NCBI RefSeq assembly: GCF_964355755.1
Contig: NC_092676.1
Coordinates: forward strand, 29,488-93,487
Source: Antedon mediterranea
Lineage: Eukaryota > Animalia > Echinodermata
Direction of reading: 5' to 3'
DNA length: 64,000 nt
In this document: piece by piece, positions 23,758 to 37,200 of the stretch
Layout of the letters: each line of letters starts with the position of its first letter
How positions within the stretch are numbered: position 1 is the first letter of the stretch
Notes under the pieces: model-generated
The model's input: the letters and a program-made list of their open reading frames with translations, nothing else
Told to the model about the DNA's origin: nothing
The model's database searches: none
Program-made: the position numbers and the translations under genes

Positions 23758-26700
23758 ATGAAAAGAACATCATCTGTGAGTAAAGCTATCAGCACCAAAG
23801 AAACAAGTGAAGCAATCATCGGAAACAAAACGACGTTCGATAATAATCGTAAGTTGTATTGAAATATATATTTATATATATACACCGGGGTAAACCCCTA
23901 CTCGTCTCGAAAGATGTACTAGGTTCTTTAAAGTGCACATGAGCTAGATGTGTACACTGTCTTAACCGCTCGGCCACTCACTCACGCCACTCACTCACTC
24001 ACTCACGCCACTCACTGATCATGTATAAGTATTAATCTTAGGCCTATAATAAGTTGGTATTTAACTTCGATTCTATTTTTTTTAATATATATTTGTTTTT
24101 CTATTTTCATTCATTGCATGTTTTATTTAAGGAAATAAAGTTAGCAAAACTTTTGAAGAATTAAAAGAACATGGAGGGGATACTCGTGTTTTTAAACGAG
24201 CCGCTAAGAAAACGGTTGCGCAGATAATAAAGGATAAGAAAAAACAACAAACATTAACTATCCAATGGTCAGTTTTTAACTTACTATACGAGTAACACTA
24301 ATACCTATACCTGAAAAACATTTAAAAACATCACATTATATTCATTTAATGTCAATAATTAATGCAGGTTAGACGAAAATTACTGTGTATGCGAAGGAGT
24401 GTGTTTACCACGCTGTATTCTATATTCACATTATCTGGATTTCTGTGAAAAGGAACATTTAGAGCCAGCATGTGCTGCTACATTTGGAAAGGTAATATAA
24501 ATATACATGAATTAAATAGTAAAACATTTAGAGCCAGCATGTGCTGCTACATTTGGAAAGGTAATATAAATATACATGAATTAAATGGTAAAACATTTAG
24601 AGCCAGCATGTGCTGCTACATTTGGAAAGGTAATATAAATATACATGAATTAAATAGTAAAACATTTAGAGCCAAACATTTAGAGCCAGCATGTGCTGCT
24701 ACATTTGGAAAGGTAATATAAATATACATGAATTAAATGGTAAAACATTTAGAGCCAGCATGTGCTGCTACACTTGGAAAGGTAATATAAATATACATGA
24801 ATTAAATGGTAAAACATTTAGAGCCAGCATGTGCTGCTACATTTGGAAAGGTAATATAAATATACATGAATTAAATGGTAAAACATTTAGAGCCAGCATG
24901 TGCTGCTACATTTGGAAAGGTAATATAAATATACATGAATTAAATGGTAAAACATTTAGAACCAGCATGTGCTGCTTCATTTGGAAAGGTAATATAAATA
25001 TACATGAATTAAATGGTAAAACATTTAGAGCCAGCATGTGCTGCTATATTTGGAAAGGTAATATAAATATACATGAATTGAATAGTAAAACATTTAGAGC
25101 CAGCATGTGCTGCTACATTTGGAAAGGTACTATAAATATACATGAATTAAATAGTAAAACATTTAGAGCCAGCATGTGCTGCTACATTTGGAAAGGTAAT
25201 ATAAATATACATGAATTAAATAGTAAAACATTTAGAGCCAGCATGTGCTGCTACATTTGGAAAGGTAATATAAATAGGCCTATACATGAATTCACATTTA
25301 GAGCCAGCATGTGCTGCTACATTTGGTAAGGTAATATAAATATACATGAATTAAATGGTAAAATGGTAAAGAAATCAGCAGAGTAAATACAATTCCACTT
25401 GGAACATAATGTTTTCTGTGTTTTTAACCATAACTTGATTGTTTACTGAAAGACGTAGTTATGTATAGAAATATATTGTATTATGGTTTCAGACAATACG
25501 GCAAAAGTTTCCTCACCTTACAACTCGACGTCTCGGAACAAGAGGACATTCAAAGTGAGTCCATTGATCCACATTTAGTATATTTATTGATAATAAACAT
25601 TATAAACAGTTTTTACATTTTGGTAATAATTATTATTAGTAAAAAGTTAAATCTTGCGTTCAATTATTTAGGTATCATTACTATGGAATTGGAATTAAAG
25701 AAACAAGTGCCTATTACCACTCGGTGTATTCTGGGAAGGGACTGACAAGGTACTATTCAAAATAATTTAATTTATTTTATGTTCAGTTCGCAATAGTAAT
25801 ATTAAATGTTTACTGTATCATTGAGATGCTTATAGCTACACGACACATTTCTAGTAATGAGACTTTAGATTGGATTTTTTTATGACAAATTACTCTTGTT
25901 GTATAAATACCGACCAATATGAAAGGTTGAAAACACGAATACACTCAAGAAGCGAGGACTAGTAATCAATTTGGATCGCTGTTGAACCAAATGATTGTTA
26001 AGTCAATATTTGTTTGATGATAACAAGCAACTAATCTGCTGTTTTAAAGTACAAAACACATGCAAAGAAGCGTTTGTTAAGAGTGTATACATCTAAAGCT
26101 GTTTGATTTAATCTTTTATGACATGGTTGGGTTGAAAGTCCTTTCGTTAGGCATGTTACTACATTTTTAAATCATAATTTCTATTGGTTACTTTATAAGT
26201 ATATGCACACACCCGATTATCACATTCTATTTATAATCAGATTTTTAGGTAAATAGTTATCTCATAATTTAAATTGTTTGTGGAATTTTTGAATTAAACG
26301 TTAACTATAATTTTAGAATCGTTATAAGTACCTTTAGCCGTTGCTGTGTGTGTGTTAATCTTGTTATTTGTATTGTTTGTTGTTGAAAATGTATTATAAT
26401 TTAGACTAACTAGCTGGTTCATTCATCATTGATGTTCGGAAACATGCAAAGCCATGTGTATTAGACAGGCCCTACTTAAAGTGCTCATTTAATGATCATG
26501 ATTCAAGATTCAATTTTATTTTAAATTAAAATGGAAATAATATGATGATTTAGTGTGTATTATTGTGTTTTATCAACAGATTTTCTGGCGCCCGATTGAA
26601 AAGCGAGGTAGGAAAAAATACTAATTGATTAAATCATATTAAAATCTTTTCAATGTACCATAATGATGGTATAACATATAATTAAGTAAAACTTAATTAT

Positions 26701-29700
26701 TTCAATTAAGTATTAAGAGAGAATGCAATAAAGTAAAATGTGCGTCCACCGTAAATCTTAGTGTGGAAACAGATTTGTTAAAGGAGCGATCGAACATAGA
26801 AGGAACATATCGCGGAACAAGTTGGGTAATATAAGATGAACGGACAAAATAAGCTTTAATTGCTAAAACAAGGATATTGAAGAAATTATGTTGTTAAATA
26901 GTGTAGTTAAATAACATTTTTTTGGTCTGGCAAACTCAGTGAGTTTTTTAGATCAGCAGTAAGGACAAAATGTATTGGTTTTTTTTCTTAGCACCCTCTG
27001 TTTCATTTTACTGTATCACTGAATTGAGAAATTCATAATATAGAAATAAGTCTGCGGAAAACATTTTATTTATATTTTATATGCGTTTTTAAGGGTGGAT
27101 TCAGTAGAAAATACTCGTTAGCATCAAAGACCGGAACTTTACTCCCAGATTTCCCCTCTGTTGACGATATGATTCTGGAAGCCGAGATAGAAAGAGACAA
27201 GGTATGTTTAGTATAGAGGGCAGTATAGCAAATTGAGTGTCAATGAAGTAGTCACCTTATGAACAAATGTGTATTGCTTTTAAAAAAATCTAAGAAAACT
27301 AAATTATTACAAAACTAAATTAGGATTTGTGAAATACTGAATGAATAAATTTAAATTTCTTGTTTATAAGCTTCAAACACTGTTAATGATGTATAAGACA
27401 CACTGCCAATGTATACTTGACACGATTATCAACAACAATATTGAAGAGGTAAGCAATATAATTCGTTTTATATTTCGTCAATTAAAACAGTGGCGAATTT
27501 AGTATCTAGTATCGTCTGCAAGCCAAATTGTGTTTCAATTCTACTCCTAATTGAATTTCGATCAACTTAAACATAATTCTGAATAATAATAATAACGTTA
27601 TAACTTTAACTTCAATTTAGATTCCTATTTTCTTACTGCATTTTTGGCAAGGAATGCCAGATCATCTGTTACTGTATTTAGAGAAAGAGATAGTTTTGGA
27701 TCTTGTAGCTATCTGTGACTCAATTCTATATAGGACAACTATTGAAATATTGATTCCTGCAACAATGCAAGAAATGTCAGAAGAGTGAGTTATATTATAA
27801 TTTACCGAACAACTTACGAATTAGAGGTGATACAGTGTAATCCTTTTCCACTAATTACTGACTTAAAATCCAGTCTTTTAGCTGACATACGAAGTTTTTC
27901 AAAGCAATGGGAAGATTGGATGAAAACATCACTTGAAAACTTACCAGATGCGTTGTATCAAGTGAAGATGCCTGTTGCAAGGCGATTCGTGCTGTCTCTC
28001 AAAAGACAGGCATCATTTTTGCATTTAGCTCAGGTTCGTCATTCTGACTGAGTAAAAGAGAGAAATACATTTTGTTAAAAGCTTAATGAATATCATCATC
28101 ATCATTTTGCTATGAATAATGTGTCGTCGCTATTATTAGGCCTACAGTTATATTTTATAAAAATATGTATTTAATTAAATCAATTTCAACTTAATCTTCG
28201 GAATCTTTGGTCTATAGAAACTAAAATTACATATAAATGAATTAAAAATAAAGAAGACTGTACTACTACTCATCTCGGGACTCCACCTGGTGGATTTGAC
28301 TTATATAAGACTGTACTACTACTCATCTCAGGATAGCACTCCACCTGGTGGATTTGACTTATATAAGACTGTACTACTACTCATCTCAGGATAGCACTCC
28401 CCCTGGTGGATTTGACTTATATAAGACTGTACTACTACTCATCTCAGGATAGCACTCCACCTGGTGGATTTGACTTATATAAGACTGTACTACTACTCAT
28501 CTCAGGACTCCACCTGGTGGATTTGACTTATATAAGACTGTACTACTACTCATCTCAGGACTCCACCTGGTGGATTTGACTTATATAAGACGTGTTGTTC
28601 ACTTGAATTGAGTCTACACATCAGGCCATATATTGATTGAATGATTATGATTTTTTTATATGACTTTTTGTTTGTAACACAGACCGCTCGTCCAGTACTT
28701 TTTGATCAAGGAATCGTAGATCATATGATAAAAGACATGGCATTTATAGATACTAATTGTATTGATTCTCATGTGTTGATTGGTCAAACAAACGACGACT
28801 CTGATACTGAACTGAACACAGAATGTGAGTACATTGTCACTCTTGTTGTTTTACTGTCACAAAATGTGTTACTAATAGTTACCGGATATGTTGTTTATGA
28901 TAATATGATGATTTTTCTTTCTATAGTTCTTCGAGAATTTAGTGAACTACTTAAAAAGCAGGCTACCGTAGAAGCATTTACAGATTGGCTAGATCAAGTA
29001 GTTGAAAATAAAGTTTTAAAGGTGACTATATTATCAGGCATGATGCACGGATAGGCCTAAGACATTTTAAAGTATTATGTGAATACGATTATTTATTTTA
29101 GAACAAAACTAATGGACAGACGCTTAAAAAGCGGGCACAAGAATTCCTGCTGAAATGGTCATTTTTTGGAGCACGTGTTATGCACACTTTGACATTGAAT
29201 AATGCAACAAGTTTTGGTAAGATTGATAATAACAGTGATTAGCCTAAATTGATCATTTGTTAATAATATGCGTTCATGGGAGAATAGCCGGCCAAAGGAG
29301 CGACAGTGTGTCAAATAATCTGTTTAATTTCTTGCAGCATCATTCCATTTGATTAGGATGTTACTAGATGAGTACATATTACTGGCTATCGAATCTCAGT
29401 TCAATGACGAAAAAGAAACTGAACTTCATAATCTTATTCTCAAATATAACAACTCTAGTAAGTATCACATGTTGGTGAGTTGCTCTCAGTATAAAGAATC
29501 AAAAATTAAATTTTTCTTAAACGTAACACAGTGGATCTCACATTCACGGTGGGTCCTTAGGAAAACATTTTATACTAATTTAATATAATATTCAATTACT
29601 ATTCATACGGTACCGTACTGTATAACTATAAATGGTGCTATTCATACGGTACCGTACTGTATAACTATAAATGGTGCTATTCATACGGTACCGTACTGTA

Positions 29701-31793
29701 TAACTATAAATGGTGCTATTCATACTGTACCGTACTGTATAACTATAAATGGTGCTATTCATACGGTACCGTACTGTATAACTATAAATGGTGCTATTCA
29801 TACGGTACCGTACTGTATAACTATAAATGGTGCTATTCATACTGTACCGTACTGTATAACTATAAATGGTGCTATTCATACGGTACCGTACTGTATAACT
29901 ATAAATGGTGGTAATTCATATTATTTTTTGGTGACTGGTGGTTTTATTTGATTGATAGGCTATCATTGAAATAATTGTATATTTGTTTACAGACCGTAAT
30001 GTTCAAGTTAAACCACTTTCGATTCAACCGAGTACGTGTTTCGCGGCAAATAGACCACATTCTCTAAGCAATAACTTTCCTGCACATCATCAAGCAAATA
30101 TTAAACGTGAGATAACGGCACAATATTCGCCTTATACGGGAATTAGTAGAGATTCGTATGCAACGTCTGCATATCCGTACTCTTACAGTGGTAGCCAATT
30201 TGCAGCTCGTCGAATGGTAACACCACCATTGTCACCTGCAGCAATGTTTAATAGACATAGTAGTTATTATGTGAATAATGATACTAATACTTTTATTGGA
30301 CAGTCCCCTGCTGCAGTAAGTTACTATCATGAAGGAAACGAATACCAACAATGTTCTCATAGTTCATATGAGCATTATCATCAAAATAGTGCATTTTATC
30401 ATCATTCTAGTAGTTTGCGTCATGGCTTCAACATGATTTATCCTTCTCAAAGAACTGACTACCAAGATCAACAACAATATGATAATAATTCGTATTACGG
30501 AAGTTGCGCAATTGGACCATCAACCACTTCAGCCTATTATACAACAGATATGTATTCTAATATACAATATTATGCGATTAATAGCGAAAGCCAAGTAAAT
30601 TCAGAAGGTATTATGATTTGATTTGATTTAAATTAAAAAAAAAAACATTTTAAAAAACACAAAGTGATAAACAATTTTCCAAGATAGTCCAAAAAGCTTA
30701 TTAGCTGTCGTTGGGATTCTTGTACAAAATACAATGAATCTACAGTGTATGTTAAAATTTACAAATTATACGGCAGTAATTATAAGGACTCCAATGAAAA
30801 TACGCTCACTACTTTATGTTAGCTATATTGGAAAAATTCTTTAAATGTCTTTATTTTTTTATGAATTAAACATAATTTACCACTTGATTAGGCCTATGTT
30901 TTCAGTTCGCGCACGTCAACACCACTAGGCCGCCCCTAGGTTCATAAAGTTTAGGCTAGACCTGTTATCGCTAAATGTTGGTCTTAGGCTATAGTAGTCA
31001 TATTAAGGCTTATGTTCTTCTAGAGCTATTAATATAAAACGGTATCCTAGTATACTAGTATTTTAAGGTAATATACTTTTAGCCTATTTTTTTATTGAAT
31101 TTACCTTGAGCACCTTGTCCTCTTTCCAACAAAATTCTGCACTGGTCAGATGTCTGAAGTACGTACAATTTACATATACAGCAGCTGTGCATCATCAAGC
31201 TCAGCAGTGCTACAAACCTACTTGGTAGTTATACAATTATCAATATCAAGTACATTTTCTGTTTTTCAGAATCAAAAACAAACAGTTGCAATTATGATCA
31301 ACGAGCAGTAAGGAATGTCGAACATACACCTGCTAACAGCCACACCACTGCTGCTGCTGAAGCCAATCACTACGCATATGAGACCACAGACCCTCTCAAC
31401 CTTTTAGATTATACCCAGCAAAAACGAAATTCAAAACGTTTTACAATGTATTCTGATGATTTTCTTCCAGGTAAATGTAATTTGTTTTGTTTATGAATTA
31501 ATTAAATAAGAAATCAAGTATTGAGACCAATGCGCCGGGTGCGCGCCAGATAAGAAGTGATGCCAAAGTTATGCGTTAAGATAGTGAAAATAGTTCCTAA
31601 TTCTAATATTTTTATTCTAGAAAGTCAAAACATGGTAAGCATACACTGTCGAAAACCAAACAGAAATGAATGCTATAATTTGCAGCAAGAACACTTTTCT
31701 GGTACAGTTGAACCTGATCGAATTGTTTCACAATCTCAAAATGAAGACCGACCAACAAGCCTACCGTCTATCAACCTCATGTTTGTGCCATAA
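23758..31793 (+). CDS. RFX6: RFX6 winged-helix transcription factor, 17 coding exons
   Basis: GT-AG exons: 23758-23848 (start tentative), 24132-24267, 24368-24491, 25493-25554, 25672-25749, 26580-26607, 27094-27201, 27371-27448, 27621-27784, 27874-28033, 28683-28824, 28927-29021, 29102-29216, 29338-29457, 29993-30607, 31270-31470, 31621-31793. They splice in frame to [107 protein letters not shown], matching the RFX6 DNA-binding domain as recalled. Also present: the dimerisation region ([24 protein letters not shown]) and C-terminal DPLNLLD and SLPSIN motifs. Confidence 0.92.
24456..25360 (+). repeat. 69-bp minisatellite (~13 copies) made of the RFX6 exon 3' end plus its splice donor
   Basis: Unit acatttagagccagcatgtgctgctacatttggaaag|gtaatataaatatacatgaattaaatggtaaa; the first copy is the real exon end at 24491. 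Confidence 0.95.
28253..28591. repeat. ~54-59-bp intronic minisatellite, 6 copies
   Basis: Unit aagactgtactactactcatctcagga(tagca)ctccacctggtggatttgacttatat. Confidence 0.9.
29597..29910. repeat. 42-bp intronic minisatellite, ~7.5 copies
   Basis: Unit ctattcatacggtaccgtactgtataactataaatggtg. Confidence 0.9.
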
Positions 31794-31972
31794 TAGGCCT
31801 ACTTTATCTCCTCACGGCGGCGCCAGGAAGAGGCATGCAATTGACGGTAATTCAACAGAAAAAAATGATAAAATACAAACACCACGAGCTCTGAATCTCT
31901 CACCTCTCTACCTGGAGTTCGAATCTCTATAGACTTTTTTTTTATCAATACCCATTTAATTGGTTTACGATT

Positions 31973-33751
31973 AAATCGGTCGCGTCTGAAATCGGTCGCG
32001 TTCGAAATCGGTCACGCTATTTTGTATGGAGCGAGATGCATGCTAGCGGGATGCATGCCAGCGGGATATACATTTTCTTCGTTTATATAGATTTAATTGA
32101 TATTTTTTAGGAACTAGATTATTTATGTGGATATTTTTTATTTGGTTAATAAATATTTATTATCAATCATTTTTTTTTTTTATTTCACAGGTCTCGGAGA
32201 AGGACTGTGTCTTTTTAAAATGGCCATTTCTAAACACGTTTAAAATATTATATTAGGCATATAATAATTTACCTCTATTTTATTATGTACTGTAATTAAT
32301 ATTATATAGAGAATATACGTCTGTGTCTTTTATTATGCAAACAATTACGTAAAATTGAACAATTTATTTAAAAACAATAATTGTTACAATGTATAGTCCG
32401 TTAAAAGCCAGCGTATCCATTTTTATACTTATGCATGCTGTGGCAGATATATCATATCCATGTCGTTAACAACTTACTATTCGATCACCGTATTTTTATT
32501 TCTATTTTATTTATGTCCGTGCGTTATGTAGGATAATGATATTAATGATATATAATGATTATTATTGTTGAGACAAATCACGTGTATCTTTTTATTTCTA
32601 ATGTTTAAAATAATTTGTAGTAAAAATTATTATTATATGCGGATCGTTAAAAGGCGAGTTACTGAAATAAACCCCCAAATAAGCCATATCGGAGATGCGC
32701 CTTCTATGATCGCGCAGCCGTTAACTTTACGTTATTTTGCTGACGGGAATTCCCCTTTTAAAAAAAAACACGCACTAGTGTGTAAAATCATGGACAAAAC
32801 ACGTACGATTGTTGTCCATGGCCAGGTAAAGATGACTAATAGGCCTATTACTAATAACCATACGTTTGAAACATCTATAGGCCTCCTGCACGTGTTTTTG
32901 TGAAACCTAGTTCCATGTGAAACGTAATTTACGTATATACGTCGGCGATATTATAGTCTTTAAAATGAATAGGCCTATCTTTTATTTCTTCATTTATAAT
33001 AATCATTTAATGTAAATAATTAAGTACAACTCAGTGTCAATCATATTCCTACTGTATAGGCACGGTAGATTGATTTTAACGGCATATAATTATCTATATT
33101 TTTTATTATTATTATTATCCTAAAACCATGCTCACGTCAGAGTGGCGGATATCGAACGTAAAAATCATCGTCATGCATCGTCTTCCTTTATTGAGCTGGT
33201 ATCCACTTGCCGGTATAGAACGAGTTTCGTAATTAACTGTAAAAAATACGCAATAGGCGCGTCTACTTGTATAACTATTAAATTATTTCAATATTTTCAA
33301 AAATTTAAACAGTAGCATGCCAATCTTTTCAAAAACTTAAACAATATTCAATAAAACATTTTTAAAACGATTTTTTCTAAACGAACACATTACAATTATT
33401 CATTGACACCCACATTCAAAAAATGAAAACACAAATTATTTATAAATAATGAGATAAATATTCATATTTACTGTACTTAAAAAATAAAGATCGAGGTAAA
33501 AAAAATGTCAACAGAATCAATTATTAGAAATTTCAATATTCAAAATTAACTAAAGCGTTTTGATTGAAAATGTATCTAGTGCGCCCCATACAAATTAGCG
33601 CGACCAAAATAAAACGCGACCGATATCTAACGTAACTAATGTGATAAAAAGCGTATCTAGCGGCGCTCCATACAAAATACCGGATGTTGATTTTATCGCG
33701 ACCGATTTCAAACGCGACCGATTTCAAGCGCGACCGATTTCATCTGACACC
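31973..33751. mobile_element. Probable non-autonomous DNA transposon with inverted subterminal repeats
   Basis: (aaatcggtcgcg)x3 + tattttgtatggagcg at 31973-32033 is mirrored by cgctccatacaaaata..(cgcgaccgattt)x3 at 33664-33741. Confidence 0.55.
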
Positions 33752-34174
33752 CTTTAATTTAGGCATGGCCGTAAAACTGGTATAATACATCACCTCCGAG
33801 GAAGCTTACCACAGCGCCTTTATTTTGTCTATAAATAAAATTCATAATTCACTCTCTCTCTCCTCCTGTGTGCTCTTCAAAACATACGTAAAGTCTCTAC
33901 TAACTTTCTTAAGTGAGTCATTATCACAGTCAATATTTTGCTTTTTTTTAACTACTTGCCTTTTTTCATGTTCCTTTTGTCAAAATAAATGAAATGCAAA
34001 GAGTAACATTTATGTAAATAGGCTACATTTACCTCGTTTCAATGTCATTAATATAAACATGTTTATTGTACCTTGTATTCTATTGTATTTAAACACTCGA
34101 CTAAATCACTGTTATGTTGTGTAGAATATTAAAGTTTAGAAAGTCTCTGTGCACCTCTTTATTATTGAATTTTA

Positions 34175-34914
34175 TTTACCTCCGCCAAGGAGGTACTGTA
34201 TATGTAATCGATCGCGTGTGTTTGTTTGTCTGTTTGTTTGTTACTTGGCCAAATTGAAAATTGGCCAAGTATGTTGATCTGTTTGGTTTGTTTGTGTGTG
34301 TGTTTGTTTGTTTGTCATCACTCTAGCGCTTCGAATGACTCCAAATTACTACCATGTCACCTGGTGCAAGGACGACACTGCCCAATTTTGGTTAAAATCT
34401 GGACCACGGTCCCAATTCTGGACCACTTTTAAAAATTATTTTCAGACCTGCTAGTGTTAAAAGATAGGACAGAATTATCAAAAGCCGGTGAGCAGTCTTA
34501 AATTAACATGTAAACTAAAATTGCATTTTCTTGAGAACTACTTCTCCAAAAAACTTCATTTTTGTACAAGAGGCAAGAGTTATAATTTGTGATTTGTAAT
34601 TTTAAAACATAAGTTGATTTAATATACAGGTTTTTTGATGCGAATAGTTTAAAAACCTAATTCTTTTCAAATTCACCCGTGTGTTTGTCGCGTTGCTGTT
34701 CTATTGTTAGTCGACTGAAGCTATTGTTAATATTGAAAGGCTTGTTACATAACCATTACACCAAACTCGCATACACATGCTTGTAGTGAAATTAGCCTAA
34801 ATCACAAACAGCATTAAGACACAGACAAATATATATATTTTTTCCCGGAGAAATCTTATGTAGTAAAATTTTACAGTAGGCGGAGGTATGCACTCTCGGA
34901 GGGGCTTTCTAGTT
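34175..34914 (+). mobile_element. Helentron-associated (HINE/DINE-1-like) non-autonomous element
   Basis: 5' ttacctccgcc, (gttt)n microsatellite, 3' ggcggaggt inverted copy, short hairpin and a ctagtt end. Confidence 0.65.
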
Positions 34915-35204
34915 ATTATATTAATTGAAATAATGCTAATGACTCAAGTTTACGTTTATTTTAATTCAACTTTCCGTAAACATAACAATATAAATTTCCG
35001 TTTTAAAAGCAAAACCGTTTCCAACTTCCGAACAATGTTGAAATGTAGAAATTATTTTATTATTACTCCTAATTTACACGTTATTATGTTGTGTGTTTGA
35101 ATACCGAAGTTGTATGACTTAATTACCGGTACCCATTCTTAGAAATTCTCTTTAATTAAACGTTATAATTTGTCTTGTTTCCCGTAATTTTAACATTATT
35201 TGCA

Positions 35205-36185
35205 TTAAAAGCGTGTGTCCAATGATCGACTTGTTGCAGGAGTTGAACTGCTTTTATTTGAAGTACTTGATATCATTAGTCGTCGACAGCGAGTGTACAC
35301 ATCTCTGCTACTATAACAATATATGAACGGATTAATTGCTGAATTTGATATTACTAATACTTCACCAAACCACGTAAACCAGGCATGTTCATCAATATCC
35401 AAAACACCAAAACCAAGTAGAATAAATTTCAGGATCACCGGTGTCCAACAAATAAGAAATGCTCCAAGTATCAATGCTGTTGTTCTAACTGCTTTGAAAT
35501 CTTCATATTTGTTATACTGCGGCGGTATCGCTAGGTTTGTTCGTCTTCGGTGTTTGATTGCTTCTTTTGCAATATTTATATACAGGATAATCATAACAAT
35601 AAAAATGAAAAAACATACGTGGCCACTAACAAGCATTTGTACGTTCAGTCCTTCAACACTTAGCTGGTAACAAGAATGAATAACATCTTTTTCTAACTCC
35701 CAGCAGTAAGGAATAAGACCAAATAAAATCGATGTTGCCCATATCCCAACAATTGTAAAGTAAACCTTTCTAGTAGAAACATCAGTTCTATATTTAAAAG
35801 GTTTTATTACTGCCATGTAACAGTCAATTGTCAACACAAATATATGCAAAAAAGACGCGAGACCAGTGACCATAAGTGGACCATACATAATCTGACACTC
35901 TTCTGAGCTGATGTTATTTAAGTTGCTTCTAGATAAAAATCCACGCATTGCACATGGTACAGATACAGCACCCGTGATGAAGTCAACAAATGCCAAACTG
36001 GCAACTAATACTATCCTTCCAGTTCGGCGTACATGACATCGGAATATTGCTACTATAATCACTGTATTCTCAAAACAAATTGCACATATTAGAGGTATAT
36101 AAACCGAGAATACAAAGATGATTGAATCTTTAGAATCCATGGCTATCAAGTGGGATTGTGTAATGTTTTCAACGATCGAGTCCAT
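35205..36185 (-). CDS. Intronless rhodopsin-like (class A) GPCR, adenosine/amine-receptor-like orphan
   Basis: 326-aa ORF with seven hydrophobic segments and motifs EN (TM1), SLAFVD (TM2), LTIDCY (DRY position), KPFKY, W (TM4), FLICWTP (TM6) and NSAINPFIY (TM7). Confidence 0.9.
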   Translation of the reverse strand: MDSIVENITQSHLIAMDSKDSIIFVFSVYIPLICAICFENTVIIVAIFRCHVRRTGRIVLVASLAFVDFITGAVSVPCAMRGFLSRSNLNNISSEECQIMYGPLMVTGLASFLHIFVLTIDCYMAVIKPFKYRTDVSTRKVYFTIVGIWATSILFGLIPYCWELEKDVIHSCYQLSVEGLNVQMLVSGHVCFFIFIVMIILYINIAKEAIKHRRRTNLAIPPQYNKYEDFKAVRTTALILGAFLICWTPVILKFILLGFGVLDIDEHAWFTWFGEVLVISNSAINPFIYCYSSRDVYTRCRRLMISSTSNKSSSTPATSRSLDTRF

Positions 36186-36949
36186 TCAGTATTTTCAGTA
36201 AATGAGAACGAGATATTGTTTAGTTCTATCATCAATAGAAATCCGGATCTTAATTAATAATCTGAGGGTATTTTGCATACATACAAGCTTGTCATTTGCT
36301 ACAGTAATATCCAAACGTCACGTATCGTACAATAACCGTCGTCAAGTTACACTCTCGTCGTATCCGCTTATAATTCGATTGCCAGCATTAAGCAATGTCA
36401 GGTTACAAGTTAAATTAAAAGTTGAAAATAACCATCTCAAGACTAAATAATAAACAGGATCCAAAATTAACGACATCATTTTATTTAATGATTTTGTATG
36501 CAGATGATCTACTAATGCAGCTTACATGATCTTCAATATACACAATACAATCTTAACAGACATAAAGTAGTCATTTTGTATGCAGAAACTACAAAGATGT
36601 GGAAGATATAGTAATATAATTATAAAACTCCCTTTTATCCCAAAATCCAGAATAAATAAATAATACTTTTATTTTTCAATCAACACCATCATGAATAATT
36701 AAGTAGTGAAATAATTAGAAAAAACTACATTTCCATTATGAATATATTTGCCACATAGACAACCATATTAGCTGACTACAATAGCTTCAAAAGACAGTGT
36801 TTGGTCAACTGCTGAAACTAAACAGAATAATTTGAAATAAAAAGTTGATAAAGGACATTTCAATCAGTAATGAAGAGATCTGTATAATGTATACACCCTG
36901 TAATTATTGATTTATATACCTGAAATAATAATCTATCCGCCAGTCGGTT

Positions 36950-36997
36950 TATATTAATTTGATTATTACTGTATAATGTATGTAATAATAATCCATC

Positions 36998-37030
<33 letters not shown>

Positions 37031-37071
37031 ATTTGATTATTACTGTATAATGTATGTAATAATAATCCATC

Positions 37072-37104
<33 letters not shown>

Positions 37105-37200
37105 ATTTGATTATTACTGAATAATGTATGTAATAATAATCCATCAATAACAATAATAATAATAATAATAATAAATTTGATTATTACTGTATAATGTATA
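36950..37200. repeat. Compound (TAA)n-containing tandem repeat
   Basis: Three to four copies of atttgattattactgtataatgtatgtaataataatccatc(aat)n. Confidence 0.85.

Noticed and set aside
24470-25329. ORFs of repeated [16 protein letters not shown] as a repeat protein
   Set aside because: They are off-frame translations of the intronic 69-bp minisatellite inside RFX6.
30608-30621. RFX6 stop at 30621 as listed in the ORF track
   Set aside because: A donor at 30608 and two in-frame downstream exons with RFX6-like C-terminal motifs indicate the CDS continues to 31793.
35205-36185. Conserved synteny with the vertebrate RFX6-GPRC6A pair
   Set aside because: This receptor is class A, whereas GPRC6A is class C.
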